Source of the DNA: Eledone cirrhosa
Lineage: Eukaryota
Assembly (NCBI GenBank): GCA_964016885.1
Contig: OZ024741.1
Span: forward strand, 15,438,001 to 15,502,000
DNA length: 64,000 nt
Reading direction: 5' to 3'
Below are positions 45,135-60,806 of the stretch, in pieces. The first letter of the stretch is position 1, and each line of letters begins with the position of its first letter. The notes under the pieces were generated by a model. The model saw only the letters and a list, made by a program, of their open reading frames with translations, ran no database searches and was not told where the DNA came from. The position numbers were made by a program, and so were the translations under genes.

Positions 45135-45139
<5 letters not shown>
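44707..45139 (+). mobile_element. Palindromic mini-element family C, second copy
   Basis: Nearly identical to 14501-14942. Confidence 0.85.
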
Positions 45140-45220
<81 letters not shown>

Positions 45221-45221
<1 letters not shown>

Positions 45222-47072
45222 ACTTTGAATAACTTTGAAATGTTTTGGCCAATATTGGCCGAGGCCATGTCTAACTTAATAGCACCACCTGGCGAAATCT
45301 TTCAATTCAGGATTTGGGCACCATGGCCCATTCGAGAAGAGAATTACTGTTTGCGGAGACATATCCGGGTGTGGGTTGTTTGTCCGGTATTGCTTGGAGG
45401 AATTTGTCCAAAGACTTCTTGGATTTTGTGTGGTCAGTTTCTGTTTTGACGTGTCCTGGTGTGATGTTGAAGACAGCAGGGCCAATTGAGGTGAAATAAT
45501 TGTGCCGTATTGTTGTTATGAATTGCGATTTAGATTTTTGTTTGGGACGGATAGCACGGGGCCCAAGCCTTGGGTGTATTTTGAAGGTGATGCCAACATC
45601 ATTTGGGCAGTGCTGATGAAACATTTTCCACATCATGCAGATAATTTAACGCTCACGGCGACGTTGGAGTGAGTAAAGTTTCAGCTTTTCTAGTCAACCC
45701 CAGTAGTCAAGGTCTGACATACCATCTATCTTTTTCGTGATTGCCCTTTGGGGAGCTTCAAGTTTCATGATACTTTGTTTCCTGTGGGGAGACCACAGTA
45801 GACAACAGTATTCAAGGTGTGGTCGGGAGAAGAGAAGGATAATGGTGTGGGAATCTCTCGACTGGAAGGTTCTGAGGATCCAGGAACACATTCTGCGGGC
45901 CATGTCAACTTTGCTGCTTATATGCGTGGCCCAGCTTATGTTGCTGTCCACGGTTACTTCCAAGTCTCTGATGTTGTTAGATGCCACGAGAGTTTCACCG
46001 GAGGGAAGGGAGTACGGGAGTTTCAGAGCATCCTCTTTTCCAAAGTGGATCAGTTCGAATTTGTCTTCGTTCAGTAACATGTTGTTCTTTTCCGCCCATT
46101 GGGTAACAGCCAGTAGGTCTGACTGAAGGCTTATCCGGTCATCTACGCCATTGATGATTTTTTGGAGCTTGGAATCATCAGCGAAAATTCTAATGTTGCT
46201 GTGTTTGATGATGTCAGTGTTGTCATTAATATAGATGATGAAGAGAAGTGGGCTCAACACAGTGCCTTGTGGGACCCCACTACTGATTTTGGCTGGGCTG
46301 GATTTGACTCCTTCGACTACAACATGTTGGGTTCTGTTTGACATGAAGCTCTTGAATCACTGCAGCAGCTTTCCAGTGACACCAATATTGGACAGCTTTC
46401 TCAGTAGAATGTTGTGATCAAACCTGTCAAAGGCCTTGCTGAAATCAAGGTAGATAACATCAGTGTTGGAACCCTCTCCCAAGGCTCTCAAAATATCATC
46501 AAAGTGATGCAGTAGCTGCGTCAGGCAATCCCTTCCATTACGGAATCCATGCTGGTTGGATTTCAGCATATTGTTACTCTCAAGGAAGTGAGTCATTCGC
46601 GATCTCACCACTCTCTCAAATACCTTAATGATATGAGAGGTGAGTGAGATTGGACGGTAATTCACGGCAAGGGATTTGTTTCCTTTTTTGAAAACTGGGA
46701 CAATAGACTGGGATAGAAGGTTTTCTGGCAAATATCCAGCATCCAGTGAGTTCCGCGACAGATTGGCAAGTGGAGATGCAAGTTGGAGTTGACACGGCTT
46801 CAAGACACAAGCAGGGATCTACTGCTGAATTATGCTTGATTTCCTTTATTGCCGCTAAGACATCAGGGGCGCCAAACGTTATGTCCGATAAGGTGCAATG
46901 GGGAGTAACATCGCCGATACAGTCCAGATCGGCCATATCAGGATTGCTGAAAACAGAGCAGTATTGTTTCTGCAGTATCTCACCCAGGGTTTTAGCATTG
47001 TCTTGAAGAGTGCCATTTTCATCAATTAGAGGGCCAACAGTAGAGCCAGTGATTTTGTGTTTTTTTGCAAAT
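45221..47072 (-). mobile_element. 5'-truncated CR1/L2-group LINE, RT pseudogene with stops and frameshifts
   Basis: [52 protein letters not shown]; 3' end TTCAAAGTTA repeats. Confidence 0.93.
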
Positions 47073-47074
47073 GA

Positions 47075-47155
<81 letters not shown>

Positions 47156-47156
47156 C

Positions 47157-47195
<39 letters not shown>

Positions 47196-47196
47196 C

Positions 47197-47710
<514 letters not shown>

Positions 47711-47736
47711 TTATATATATATATATATACATATAT

Positions 47737-47790
<54 letters not shown>

Positions 47791-47794
<4 letters not shown>

Positions 47795-48323
47795 ATAATA
47801 ATAAATTTCAAGACTAAAATCCAAAGAGGGCTCGATAAGGATAAGTATATATCAAATATATAAGAACCGTAGAGCAAATATTTATTAAAATAACAGATTA
47901 AAGTTTAAGCAAAGAATCGCTGCTTTCACCCCTAACGGGATCTTCTGAAACTAACAAAGTCAATCTGTAAACGCAGAAGTGGCTATTTCAAAAAACGTTG
48001 CAACCGGAGGAAGACAGGAAGACGATACTTTGGTTCGTGGAAACGTTCGCTGGCTATGCAAATAAGTAATGGTATAAACAAAACATATACTTAGCTCCCA
48101 CATCAAGACGTAAAATATCCACGTATGGATCGTACTATCCGTTAGAGTATAACGTGGGGCTGTAATACAGGAAAGTTTTGTACAATTAATGTTCACAAGC
48201 CGAAATTGCCTCAGATTTTTTGTTTAAGATGTGGTCCGTGGCGTAGAGTATCTTTCAGAAGATCCCGTTAGGGGTGAAAGCAGCGATTCTTTGCGTAAAC
48301 TTTAATCTGTTATTTTAATAAAT
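47791..48323 (-). mobile_element. Inverted-arm mini-element family H; other pieces near 20263-20328, 35288-35325, 35617-35669, 36197-36232, 38665-38865
   Basis: About 48253-48323 is the reverse complement of 47879-47950; flanked by (TA)n. Confidence 0.75.
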
Positions 48324-49225
48324 ATATATATATATATACATATATATACATATATACACATATACATATACATATATATACATACATATATATATATATA
48401 TATATCTATATATGTATGTATATATATGTAAATATATATATATACATATATATATATAAAAAAAGCCTTCGTGAGCCACCTTTTTCTAAAGTAAAGAAAT
48501 TCAAACACACACACACACACACACACGCACACACACACACAAGCACACAAATAAACACACATATCTTTACTTTCTTTATTCAATAGAAAATCTGAATTCT
48601 GACACCCCAGCAAACTAACCATATTCACTGAACCAGAACAATTCTCTTATCCCTTTCTCTTGACCATTATCTTTTTATCAAAATATTCTCTAAAAAGGCT
48701 AGAGAATGGATTTCCAAATAAGGGCACAAAAATTTAATGAAAATTTGTTCACGTGACAGCCATAATTTCATTTATAACCAACCAAAAAAAGGCCTTCGTG
48801 AGCCTCCTTTTTTCAAGTAAAAAGAAATTCAAACACTCATATATGAAAAAACAACCTGTGACACCCCCCCCCTCTTATTTGAAGAACTATTGTAACGCGA
48901 AATGGCGCGAAATTTATTATAATTATTGACAAACCAATCAAATTACTTCTCGAAAAACCTGGCATTTCGAGCCACTTTTTCCATATAAAACAAGTAACAT
49001 TCAGAGACCAACCAGATGTGAGAAAAACCACAGACCCTCCATCTCAACTCACCTTTTGAAAAGCAGAAGAACTGCAAAACCGGTAAAGGAACCAAATAAA
49101 TATATATATTTTTAAATAAAATAAGACTCCAGTTGCATTTTCGATTTCATCTCTTTTTCTTTATACTGTCACTCGTGTAGGACACCTCGGTTATTTCTCA
49201 TTTTGTAAAAAAAAAAAAACCTCAC

Positions 49226-49271
<46 letters not shown>

Positions 49272-49382
49272 GTGAGGTTTTTTTTACAAAATGAAAAATA
49301 ACCGAGGTGTCCTACACGAGTGAAAGTATAAAGAAAAAGAGATGAAATCGAAAACGCAACTGGAGTCTTATTTTTTTTTAAA

Positions 49383-49444
<62 letters not shown>

Positions 49445-49510
49445 AAGAGATGAAATCGAAAATGCAACTGGAGTCTTATTTTTTTTTTAAATATATATAT
49501 TTATTTGGTT

Positions 49511-49548
49511 CCTTTACCGGTTTCGCAGTTCTTCTGCTTTTCAAAAGG
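49511..49548 (-). ncRNA. Minimal hammerhead ribozyme (family G)
   Basis: Exact reverse complement of 49616-49653. Confidence 0.8.
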
Positions 49549-49615
49549 TGAGTTGAGATGGAGGGTCTGTGGTTTTTTTCTGTGAGAAAAACCACAAACC
49601 CTCCATCTCAACTCA

Positions 49616-49653
49616 CCTTTTGAAAAGCAGAAGAACTGCGAAACCGGTAAAGG
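49616..49653 (+). ncRNA. Minimal hammerhead ribozyme (family G), U3-A8 variant, predicted cleavage after GUA (49649)
   Basis: CCTT-TTGAAAA-GCAG aagaa CTGC-GAAA-CCGGTA-AAGG; palindromic helix III ACCGGT. Confidence 0.82.
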
Positions 49654-50251
49654 AACCAAATAAATATATATATTTAAAAAAAAAATAATACTCCAGTTGC
49701 ATTTTCGATTTCATCTCTTTTTCTTTATACTTTCACTCGTGTAGGACACCTCGGTTATTTTTCATTTTGTAAAAAAAACCTCACTTTCTAATATATATAT
49801 ATATATATACATATATATATACATACATATATATATTTTTTTTAAAAATAAGACTCCAGTTGCATTTTCGATTTCATCTCTTTTTCTTTATATATATATA
49901 TATACATACATATATATATATACATATATATATACATACATATATATATATATATACATATATATACATACATATATATATTTATATATATATATATTTA
50001 CATATATATATACATAGGTCTGGTTATCATTTATTTTTTATCATTTATTTTGTTTTGACCTGTTTAGCTTGATTTGGTTTTTGGCTTGGGTGGTTAATGC
50101 CTTCTTGACCACCTTTTCAGTTTTGTATGGCTTCTTAACACATTGTTTAGCTCTGGTTTTTAACTATTGAGCACTTTGCCAGTATCATTTCTGATTTTTG
50201 CGTCTCGCTTCGCCTTTCCTGCCGCCGAAATGCGATTCTAGCTGAATCTTT

Positions 50252-50382
<131 letters not shown>

Positions 50383-50387
50383 TATAC

Positions 50388-50468
<81 letters not shown>

Positions 50469-50502
50469 TATACATATATATACTTTTATATATATATATA
50501 TA

Positions 50503-52050
50503 CAGTGCCCCGCAAAAGTTTACAACACATTAGGAAAAGTGTGGTTTTAGGTATTTTTAATAAAGTTAGGGTAATGAAAATTTAACTACTGATAGAACAT
50601 ATAATGAGGCATTTAATGATACAATCATATTTTTAAAAAAATAACAAGGAAATAACTCATTAAGAAAAATCACATTTATTAAATCATCTCTTAATATTTC
50701 GTAGCGTAACCTTTGTTGCTAATTACAGCCTGTAGGCGTTTGGAGTAGCCTCCTACAAACTTCTTGCATGTTTCTTGGCTAATATTTTTTCCATTCTTCA
50801 CAACAAATTTTCTTTAGTTCAGGGATATTTTGGGGTTTCCTTTTTTGAATTCTGAGTTTCAGTTCACTCCACAAATTTTCGATCGGGTTAAGATCTGGAG
50901 ACTGACTTGGCCATTTTAGAACATTTATTCCATTCGTACTTAACCAAGATTGTGTTAGGTTTGCAGTATGCTTTGGATCGTTATCTTGTTGAAAAAACCA
51001 ACCTGGCTTTAATCTGAGAGAATGTGCACTTTGATGTAAATTCCTTTGCAAAATACCTCTATAATAAGCGCCACCCATTCTTCCTTCTATTATTTCAATA
51101 TATCCTACACCTGTGGCACTAAAGCAACCCCAGACCATGATTGATCCACCTCCAAATTTTACAGTTGGAATAGTATTCTTCGGCGAATATTCAGTACTTT
51201 ACTTTCTCCAGACTTTTGCCACAGCATTTCGACCAAAAAGTTCAATTTTTGTTTCGTTCGACTAAAGTACGTCTTCCCAAAATGACGCAGGTTTGATGAG
51301 ATCATTTGCAAAGTTTAATCGACGAAGAACGTGTTTCCTCGTAAGAAGTGGTGTTTTCCTTGGAGACCTCGAGAAGATATTATATCAACGAAGTGAACGA
51401 CTAATTGTATCTGTGCTCACTTTTACTCCACTTTCTTCTAGGTCATCCTGAAGATTTTAAAGAGTACACCGTGGTTCGTTGCCAACCTTTCTCATCAATA
51501 ACTGAGCTGCACGTTCCGTCATCTTTCTAGGACGACCAGAACTAATTAGAGGACAGATGGAATGATGAGATTTCCAGTGACGAATTATAGTACCAACTGA
51601 ACTCAATGGCACATTTAACTGACAAGATATCTTTCTATAACCAACACCATTTGTATGAAGGTCTACAATGCGTTTACGGAGGTCTTGATCAATCAGTTTA
51701 TTTTTCCCCATATTGTCAATGTTTACAGGATGGTTGTCAGACAAATAATGATGTAATGTTTTTAATAGTCCTTAGAAGTTACCTTAAACCTAATCTAGAT
51801 CATTCTACTGAATTTTAAATCTGAAAATTTAAGAATTTTCTTGAAAAAAAGCGATAAATATAAAATGTGTTTAAAAATATTGATTTTTCTTCATGAGTTA
51901 TTTCCTTGTTATTTAAAAAAAAATATGATTGTATCATTAAATGCCTCATTATATGTTCTATCAGTAGTTAAATTTTCATTACCCTAACTTTATTAAAAAT
52001 ACCTAAAACCGCATTTTTCCTAATGTGTTGTAAACTTTTGCGGGGCACTG
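50503..52050 (-). mobile_element. Full-length Tc1 transposon (1548 bp, about 170-bp TIRs, TA TSD)
   Basis: TA|CAGTGCCCCGCAAAAGTTTACAACAC...GTGTTGTAAACTTTTGCGGGGCACTG|TA. Confidence 0.95.
50691..51711 (-). pseudogene. Tc1 DD34E transposase, disrupted
   Basis: [45 protein letters not shown]; contains stops and frameshifts. Confidence 0.93.
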
Positions 52051-52248
52051 TATATATAGGAAAAGGTATAGGACCCCGACGGCAGAGCTCAAGCCGTCCA
52101 GAATAGACTTGAGCTCTGCCGTCGGGCTCCTGAACCTTTTCCTATTACTCACTCTACTACCCAAAGTATCAAGTACTGTGGTGCGTTATGGTCCACTTGG
52201 TTCCTTACCACACTTCCTTCGTTATATATCTATATCTATATCTATCTA

Positions 52249-52308
<60 letters not shown>

Positions 52309-52572
52309 TAGTTGGAAATCAGTAAAATCGAATCTCTGGCGGTTTACAAGTAAATTCGGCCTACTTATATGAAATGATAAGTTAGCAAAGCACTCGATAA
52401 GATAGGACCTCAGAGTAATAACATACGTTTAAATAGCTTGACAAATCGAACATTGTGGTAGGCGAAACTAACACACAATACATACCAAAGCAAGGATAGA
52501 TCTAATCAGGTTGAGAAAAGTACACCTGGACAAATCAAACGAACAATCGTTTAAAGTGTTTCTTTGAATCCG

Positions 52573-52609
<37 letters not shown>

Positions 52610-52769
52610 AACGAGTAGGACCCCGACGGCTGAGCTCAGAATTAGCCGTCGAAACGGCTTGAGCTCAGCCGTCGGGGTCCTACTCGTTCCTATTACCCAC
52701 TCTACTACCCTAAGTATTGAGTACTTTGGTGCGTTATGGTCCACCTGGTTCCTTACCACATTTCCTCCG

Positions 52770-52837
<68 letters not shown>

Positions 52838-52867
52838 AGATCAAAAGATGGTTAAAAGAGTTCCAAG

Positions 52868-52938
52868 TATTTTATTATGCGCATTTCAAAAACAAATATC
52901 ATCATGGGATGATATCTGCGTTCTCATCAGATAAAATA
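52868..52938 (-). ncRNA. Type-I hammerhead ribozyme (family D, left arm)
   Basis: Minus strand TATTTTAT-CTGATGA-GAACGCAGATATCAT ccc ATGATGATATTTGTTTTT-GAAA-TGCGCATA-ATAAAATA. Confidence 0.78.
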
Positions 52939-53064
52939 GGGAGACATGTTATAGGGAGACTTGTGGCCAGTGAAGTTTTAAATCAACATATGAAAAATAA
53001 ATTAAGATGGTTGTATGAGATTGGGAAAAAAATGAGGGGGGTTGGAAAAGATATCATGTCTCCC

Positions 53065-53132
53065 TATTTTATCTGATGAGAACGCAGGTTGCCCATGATG
53101 ATATTTGTTTTTGAAATGCGCATAATAAAGTA
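53065..53132 (+). ncRNA. Type-I hammerhead ribozyme (family D, right arm), predicted cleavage after AUA (53124)
   Basis: TATTTTAT-CTGATGA-GAACGCAG...TTTGTTTTT-GAAA-TGCGCATA-ATAAAGTA; palindromic helix III ATGCGCAT. Confidence 0.75.
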
Positions 53133-53519
53133 CTTGGAACTCTTTTAACCATCTTTTGATCTTATATTATTTAAACTCCAGTCCTACAAACTGTAGAGTG
53201 CTACTAATCCGATATTTGCATTGCTTTATTGTGCTACAATAAAACTCACCTCATACATATATATATATATATAAATATATATATATATACAATGCCAATC
53301 ATTGTAAGTTAGAATCTGACATGTAAAATCATATATATATGAATAAAGTAACCCCAAATCATAGTAGATTCAAATATAACAAAGAAAAACGGTTGGTTTA
53401 AAGTCTGAACCAACCGTTTCCTTCGTGGGAGCTACAGAATGACCCATGGAAAATATCTTAAAATAAAGTAGAAGTAAGGGAGACGAAGAAAATTATAAAG
53501 AGGGGGGGGGGGGCACATA

Positions 53520-54420
53520 ATGAGCCTCACACCTCCACTCAACGTGATGGAGAAGGCGCTCTGTTGCGCGGTGACATACCGTATTATTTGAATCACGTTG
53601 GGTTTAGCGGGATACCGAGTTCCAAATACAAATAACTTCTAATTTGCGCCTAGGTACAAATTAAAACCGTATCGCCTAAGGCAAAAAAGTGAGGCAGTGA
53701 ACATTACGTTCGGAACCCTTAAAGAAGCCAGGGGACACGGCCTAGTACCACTAAGAAGCTATGAGGTGTCTCTGGTGCCATCGTATTGTAGCTACAGTCA
53801 ATGTGACCCAGACGCCGCCCACAATAGCCTTGGCAGGTAGCAGCTGCCCTCATAGACTTTGAGAAAACCACACGAGTATTAGACGTCCAGAAAATTAAAC
53901 AAGAAAATTGGACCATTTCCGATGTAATAGACCTTGTAGTCGGCACACAACTTACTATAACCTTGGAGGGCAGGAAGCTAAAATGTCATATGTTTAACAT
54001 AGAAACACACCTCAGGGCTTTCTGCATACAGCAAACCACGAAGGAGGAAAGGCCCCTTCATCTTTTAACACCGAATTCCACAAAAAAGCAACAAACCCAC
54101 CATCGGCAACAATAAGTGCAATAACATCAGATCCAGCGTCAACAACAGCAGCAGTTACACCAGAAAGAGCACCACCAGCTAAACAGACACCTCAAGAAAC
54201 ACCACCACCACCAATAACAACACCAATACCCGGGGGAAATGTGCCCTTCCCCTACCTCAAACAGTTCGACATAGATTATGACATGGGTAAACACGGGCAA
54301 ACTGACTGCCGCAATAACAACAAAAAAATGCGAAAAAGAGGGTGAAAAATAAATGAAAGCTAACACCGGGAAGCAACTAAAGCAAACTCCTACAACCTGG
54401 CCATCATCATCACTACAAAC
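53520..54420 (+). pseudogene. Possible decayed non-LTR retrotransposon ORF1 (gag-like)
   Basis: TITLEGRKLKCHMFNIETHLRAFC near 53954-54025 resembles a CX2CX4HX4C knuckle with one Cys lost; followed by P/T/Q-rich sequence. Confidence 0.4.
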
Positions 54421-57400
54421 ACCAACGCCAGCAACTCCACCAACACCACCAACCACCAACACCACCAACACCACCAACCCCACCAACACCACCAACAACA
54501 CCAACCCCACCAACATCAAAAACACCACAAACACCACCAACCCCACCATCCCCACCAACACCACCAACACCAACACCACCAACACCTCCAACACGAACAC
54601 CACCAACACCACCAACACCAACACCACAAACACTACCCACACCACCAACACCACCAACACCACCAACACCACCAACACCAACACCACCAACACTACCCAC
54701 ACCACAAACACCACCAACCCCACCATCCCCACCAACACCACCAACACCAACACCACCAACACCACCAACACCAACACCACCAACACCACCAACACCAACA
54801 CAACCAATACCACCAACACCACCAACACCAACACCACCAACACCACCAACACCAACACCACCAACACCACCAACACCACCAACACCAACACCAACACCAA
54901 CACCACCAACACCAACACCACCAACACCACCAACACCACCAACACCAACACCACCAACACCACCAACACCAACACCACCAACACCACCAACACCACCAAC
55001 ACCAACACCAACACCAACACCAACACCACCAACACCACCAACACCACCAACACCACCAACACCACCAACACCACCAACACCAACACCACCAACACCCCCA
55101 ACACCACCAACACCAACACCACCAAAACCACCAACACCACCAATATCACCAACACTAACAACACCACCAACACCAACACCACCAACACCACCAAAACCAC
55201 CAACACCAACACCACCAACACCACCAACACCACCAACACCAACACGACCAACACCACCAACACCACCAACACCAACACCACCAACACCACCAACACCAAC
55301 ACCACCAACACCACCAACACCACCAACACCACCAACACCACCAACCCCACGAAACCCACCAACAACACCAACAACCCCACCAACACCACCAACACCACCA
55401 ACACTACCCCCACCCCCACCCCCACCACCCCACCAACACCACCAACACCGCCAACACAACCAACACCAACACCACCAACACCACCAACACCACCAACACC
55501 ACCAACACCACCAACACCAACACCACCAACACCACCAACAGCAACACCACCAACACCACCAACACCACCAACACCACCAACACCAGCACTACCAACACCA
55601 CCAACACCAACACCAACACCACTAACACCAACACCACCAACACCACCAACACCACCAACACCACCAACACCAACACCACCAACACCACCAACACCACCAA
55701 CACCACCAACACCAACAACACAAACACCAACGCCACCAACACCACCAACACCAACACCACCAAAACCACCAACACCACCAACACCAACACCACCAATACC
55801 ACCACCACCAACACCACCAACACCACCAACACCAACACCACCAACACCACCAACACCACCAACACCACCAACACCACCAAAACCAACACCACCAACACCA
55901 CCAACACCACCAACACCAACACCACCAACACCACCAACACCAACACCACCAACACCACCAACACCACCAACACCACCAACACCACCAACACCAACACCAC
56001 CAACACCACCAACACCACCAACACCAACACCACCAACACCACCAACACCAACACCACCAACACCACCAACACCACCAACACCAACACCAACACCAACACC
56101 ACCAACACCACCAACACCACCAACACCACCAACACCACCAACACCACCAACACCAACACCACCAACAACCCCAACACCACCAACACCAACACCACCAAAA
56201 CCACCAACACCACCAATACCACCAACACCAACACCAACAACACCACCAACACCAACACCACCAACACCACCAAAACCACCAACACCTACAACACCAACAC
56301 CACCAACACCACCAACACCAACACGACCAACACCACCAACACCACCAACACCAACACCACCAACACCACCAACACCAACACCACCAACACCACCAACACC
56401 ACCAACACCACCAACACCACCAACCCCACGAAACCCACCAACAACACCAACAACCCCACCAACACCACCAACACCACCAACACCACCAACACCACCAACA
56501 CCAATACCACCACCAACAGCAACACCACCAACACCACCAACACCACCAACACCACCAACACCAGCACCACCAACACCACCAACACCAACACCAACACCAC
56601 TAACACCAACACCACCAACACCACCAACACCACCAACACCACCAACACCAACACCACCAACACCACCAACACCACCAACACCACCAACACCACCAACACC
56701 AACAACACAAACACCAACGCCACCAACACCACCAACACCAACACCACCAAAACCACCAACACCACCAACACCAACACCACCAATACCACCAACACCAACA
56801 CCACCAACACCACCAACACCAACACCACCAACACCACCAACACCACCAACACCACCAACACCACCAAAACCAACACCACCAACACCACCAACACCACCAA
56901 CACCAACACCACCAACACCACCAACACCAACACCACCAACACCACCAACACCACCAACACCACCAACACCACCAACACCAACACCACCAACACCACCAAC
57001 ACCACCAACACCAACACCACCAACACCACCAACACCAACACCACCAACACCACCAACACTACCAACACCAACACCAACACCAACACCACCAACACCACCA
57101 ACACCACCAACACCACCAACACCAACACCACCAACACCACCAACACCACCAACACCACCAACACCACCAACACCAACAACACAAACACCAACGCCACCAA
57201 CACCACCAACACCAACACCACCAAAACCACCAACACCACCAACACCAACACCACCAATACCACCACCACCAACACCACCAACACCACCAACACCAACACC
57301 ACCAACACCACCAACACCACCAACACCACCAACACCACCAAAACCAACACCACCAACACCACCAACACCACCAACACCAACACCACCAACACCACCAACA

Positions 57401-60400
57401 CCAACACCACCAACACCACCACCAACACCACCAACACCACCAACACCACCAACACCAACACCACCAACACCACCAACACCACCAACACCAACACCACCAA
57501 CACCACCAACACCAACACCACCAACACCACCAACACCACCAACACCAACACCAACACCAACACCACCAACACCACCAACACCACCAACACCACCAACACC
57601 ACCAACACCACCAACACCAACACCACCAACACCCCCAACACCACCAACACCAACACCACCAAAACCACCAACACCACCAATACCACCAACACCAACACCA
57701 ACAACACCACCAACACCAACACCACCAACACCACCAAAACCACCAACACCTACAACACCAACACCACCAACACCACCAACACCAACACGACCAACACCAC
57801 CAACACCACCAACACCAACACCACCAACACCACCAACACCAACACCACCAACACCACCAACACGAACACCACGAACACCACCAACACCACCAACACCAAC
57901 ACCACCAGCACCACCAACACCACCAACACCAACACCACCAACACCACCAACACAAACACCACCAACACCACCAACACCCCCAACACCACCAACACTACCC
58001 ACACCACCAACACCACCAACACCACCAACACCACCAACACCACCAACACCAACACCACCAACACCACCAACACCCCCAACACCACCAACACCAACACCAA
58101 CACCAACACCACCAACACCACCAAAACCACCAACACCAACACCACCAACACCACCAACACCACCAACACCAACACGACCAACACCACCAACACCACCAAC
58201 ACCAACACCACCAACACCACCAACACCAACACCACCAACACCACCAACACCACCAACACCACCAACACCACCAACCCCACGAAACCCACCAACAACACCA
58301 ACAACCCCACCAACACCACCAACACCACCAACACCACCAACACTACCCCCACCGCCACCCCCACCACCCCAACAACACCACCAACACCGCCAACACCTCC
58401 AACACCACCAACACCACCAACACCACCAACACCACCAACACCACCAACACCAACACCACCAACACCACCAACAGCAACACCACCAACACCACCAACACCA
58501 CCAACATCACCAACACCAGCACCACCAACACCACCAACACCAGCACCAACACCACTAACACCAACACCACCAACACCACCAACACCACCAACACCACCAA
58601 CACCAACACCACCAACACCACCAACACCACCAACACCACCAACACCACCAACACCACCAACGCCAACAACACAAACACCAACGCCACCAACACCACCAAC
58701 ACCAACACCACCAAAACCACCAACACCACCAACACCAACACCACCAATACCACCAACACCAACACCACCAACACCACCAACACCAACACCACCAACACCA
58801 CCAACACCACCAACACCACCAACACCAACACCAACCCCACGAACACCACGAACACCACCAACACCAACACCACCAACAGCACCAACACCACCAACATCAC
58901 CAACACCAACACCACCAACACCACCAACACCAACACCACCAACACCACCAACACCACCAACAACACCAAAAGGAACACCACCAACACCACCAACACCACC
59001 AACACCAACACCACCAACACCACCAACACCAACACCACCAACACAACCAACACCACCAACACCACCACCACCAACACCACCAACACCACCAACACCAACA
59101 CCACCAACACCACCAACACCAACACCACGAACACCACCAACACCACCAACACCAACACCACCAACACCACCAACACCACCAACACCAACACCACCAACAC
59201 CACCAACACCACCAACACCACCAACACCACCAACACCAACACCACCAATACCACCAACACCAACACCACCAACACCACCAACAACACAAACACCACCAAC
59301 ACCACAAACACCACCAACACCAACACCAACACCACCAACACCACCAACACCACCAACACCACCAACACCACCAACACCAACACCACCAACACCAACACCA
59401 CCAACACCACCAACACCACCAACACCACCAACACCACCAACACCACCAACACCACCAACACTACCCCCTCCAATACCACCAACACCAACACCAACACCAA
59501 CACGACCAACACCACCAACACCACCAACATCACCAACACCAACACCACCAACACCACCAACACCACCAACACCAACACCACCAACACTACCAACACCACC
59601 AACACCACCAACAGCAACACCACCAACACCACCAACACCACCAACACCACCAACACCACCAACACCACCAACACCAACACCACCAACACCACCAACACCA
59701 CCAACACCAACACCACTAACACCACCAACACCACCAGCACCAACACCACCAACACCACCAACACCACCAGCACCAACACCACCAACACCACCAACACCAC
59801 CAACACCAACACCACCAACACTACCAACACCACCAACACCACCAACACCAACACCACCAACACCACCAACACCACCAACACCACCAACACCACCAACACC
59901 AACACCACCAACACCACCAACACCACCAACACCAACACCACCAACACCACCAACACCACCAGCACCAACACCACCAACACCACCAACACCACCAGCACCA
60001 ACACCACCAACACCACCAACACCACCAACACCAACACCACCGACACCACCAACACCACCAACACCAACACCACCAACACCACCAACACCACCAACACCAC
60101 CAACACCACCAACACCAACACCACCAACACCACCAACACCACCAACACCAACACCACCAACACCACCAACACCACCAGCACCAACACCACCAACACCACC
60201 AACACCACCAACACCAACACCACCAACACCACCAACACCAACACCACCAACACCACTAACACCACCAACATCACCAACACCAACACCACCAACACCACCA
60301 ACACCACCAACACCAACACCACCAACACCACCAACACCACCAACACCACCAACACCACCAACACCACCAACACCAACACCACCAACACCACCAACACCAC

Positions 60401-60694
60401 CAACACCACCAACACCACCAACACCACCAACACCAACACCACCAACACCACCAACACCACCAACACCAACACCACCAACACCACCAACACCACCAACACC
60501 ACCAACACCACCAACACCAACACCACCAACACCACCAACACCACCAACACCACCAACACCACCAAAACCACCAACACCAACACCACCAACAGCAACACCA
60601 CCAACACCACCAACACCACCAACACCACCAACACCACCAACACCACCAAAACCACCAACACCAACACCACCAACAGCAACACCACCAACACCAC
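54420..60694. repeat. 6.3-kb array of ACACCACCA (9-mer) and ACACCA (6-mer) with higher-order duplications
   Basis: Marker variants recur, e.g. CCCCACGAAACCCACC near 55345, 56424 and 58275. Confidence 0.97.
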
Positions 60695-60806
60695 AATTCC
60701 AGAATATATCAGTCACATACAGATCGTCCATATACAAAAAAGTTCCAATCGTTGTATCCTTCTCCTGTCCTTTTTAACTTACCAGTTACAGGTACCAACG
60801 TGAGGT

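Larger units (their letters stand above)
48890..49890. mobile_element. Cluster of family G copies and fragments separated by (TA)n
   Basis: Matches 20358-20704 in both orientations. Confidence 0.85.
52833..53252 (+). mobile_element. Inverted-arm mini-element family D in (TA)n, HHR on each arm
   Basis: About 52833-52949 is the reverse complement of 53055-53170. Confidence 0.85.

Noticed and set aside
48460-48840. About 50-bp direct repeat (GCCTTCGTGAGCC...GAAATTCAAACAC)
   Set aside because: No termini or other support; likely a local duplication.
54139-60737. Very long ORFs (1401 aa Thr/Pro-rich; 1287 and 995 aa Gly/Val-rich)
   Set aside because: The repeat cannot easily form stop codons, so several frames on both strands are open; no signal peptide or folded domain; frame switches mid-array.
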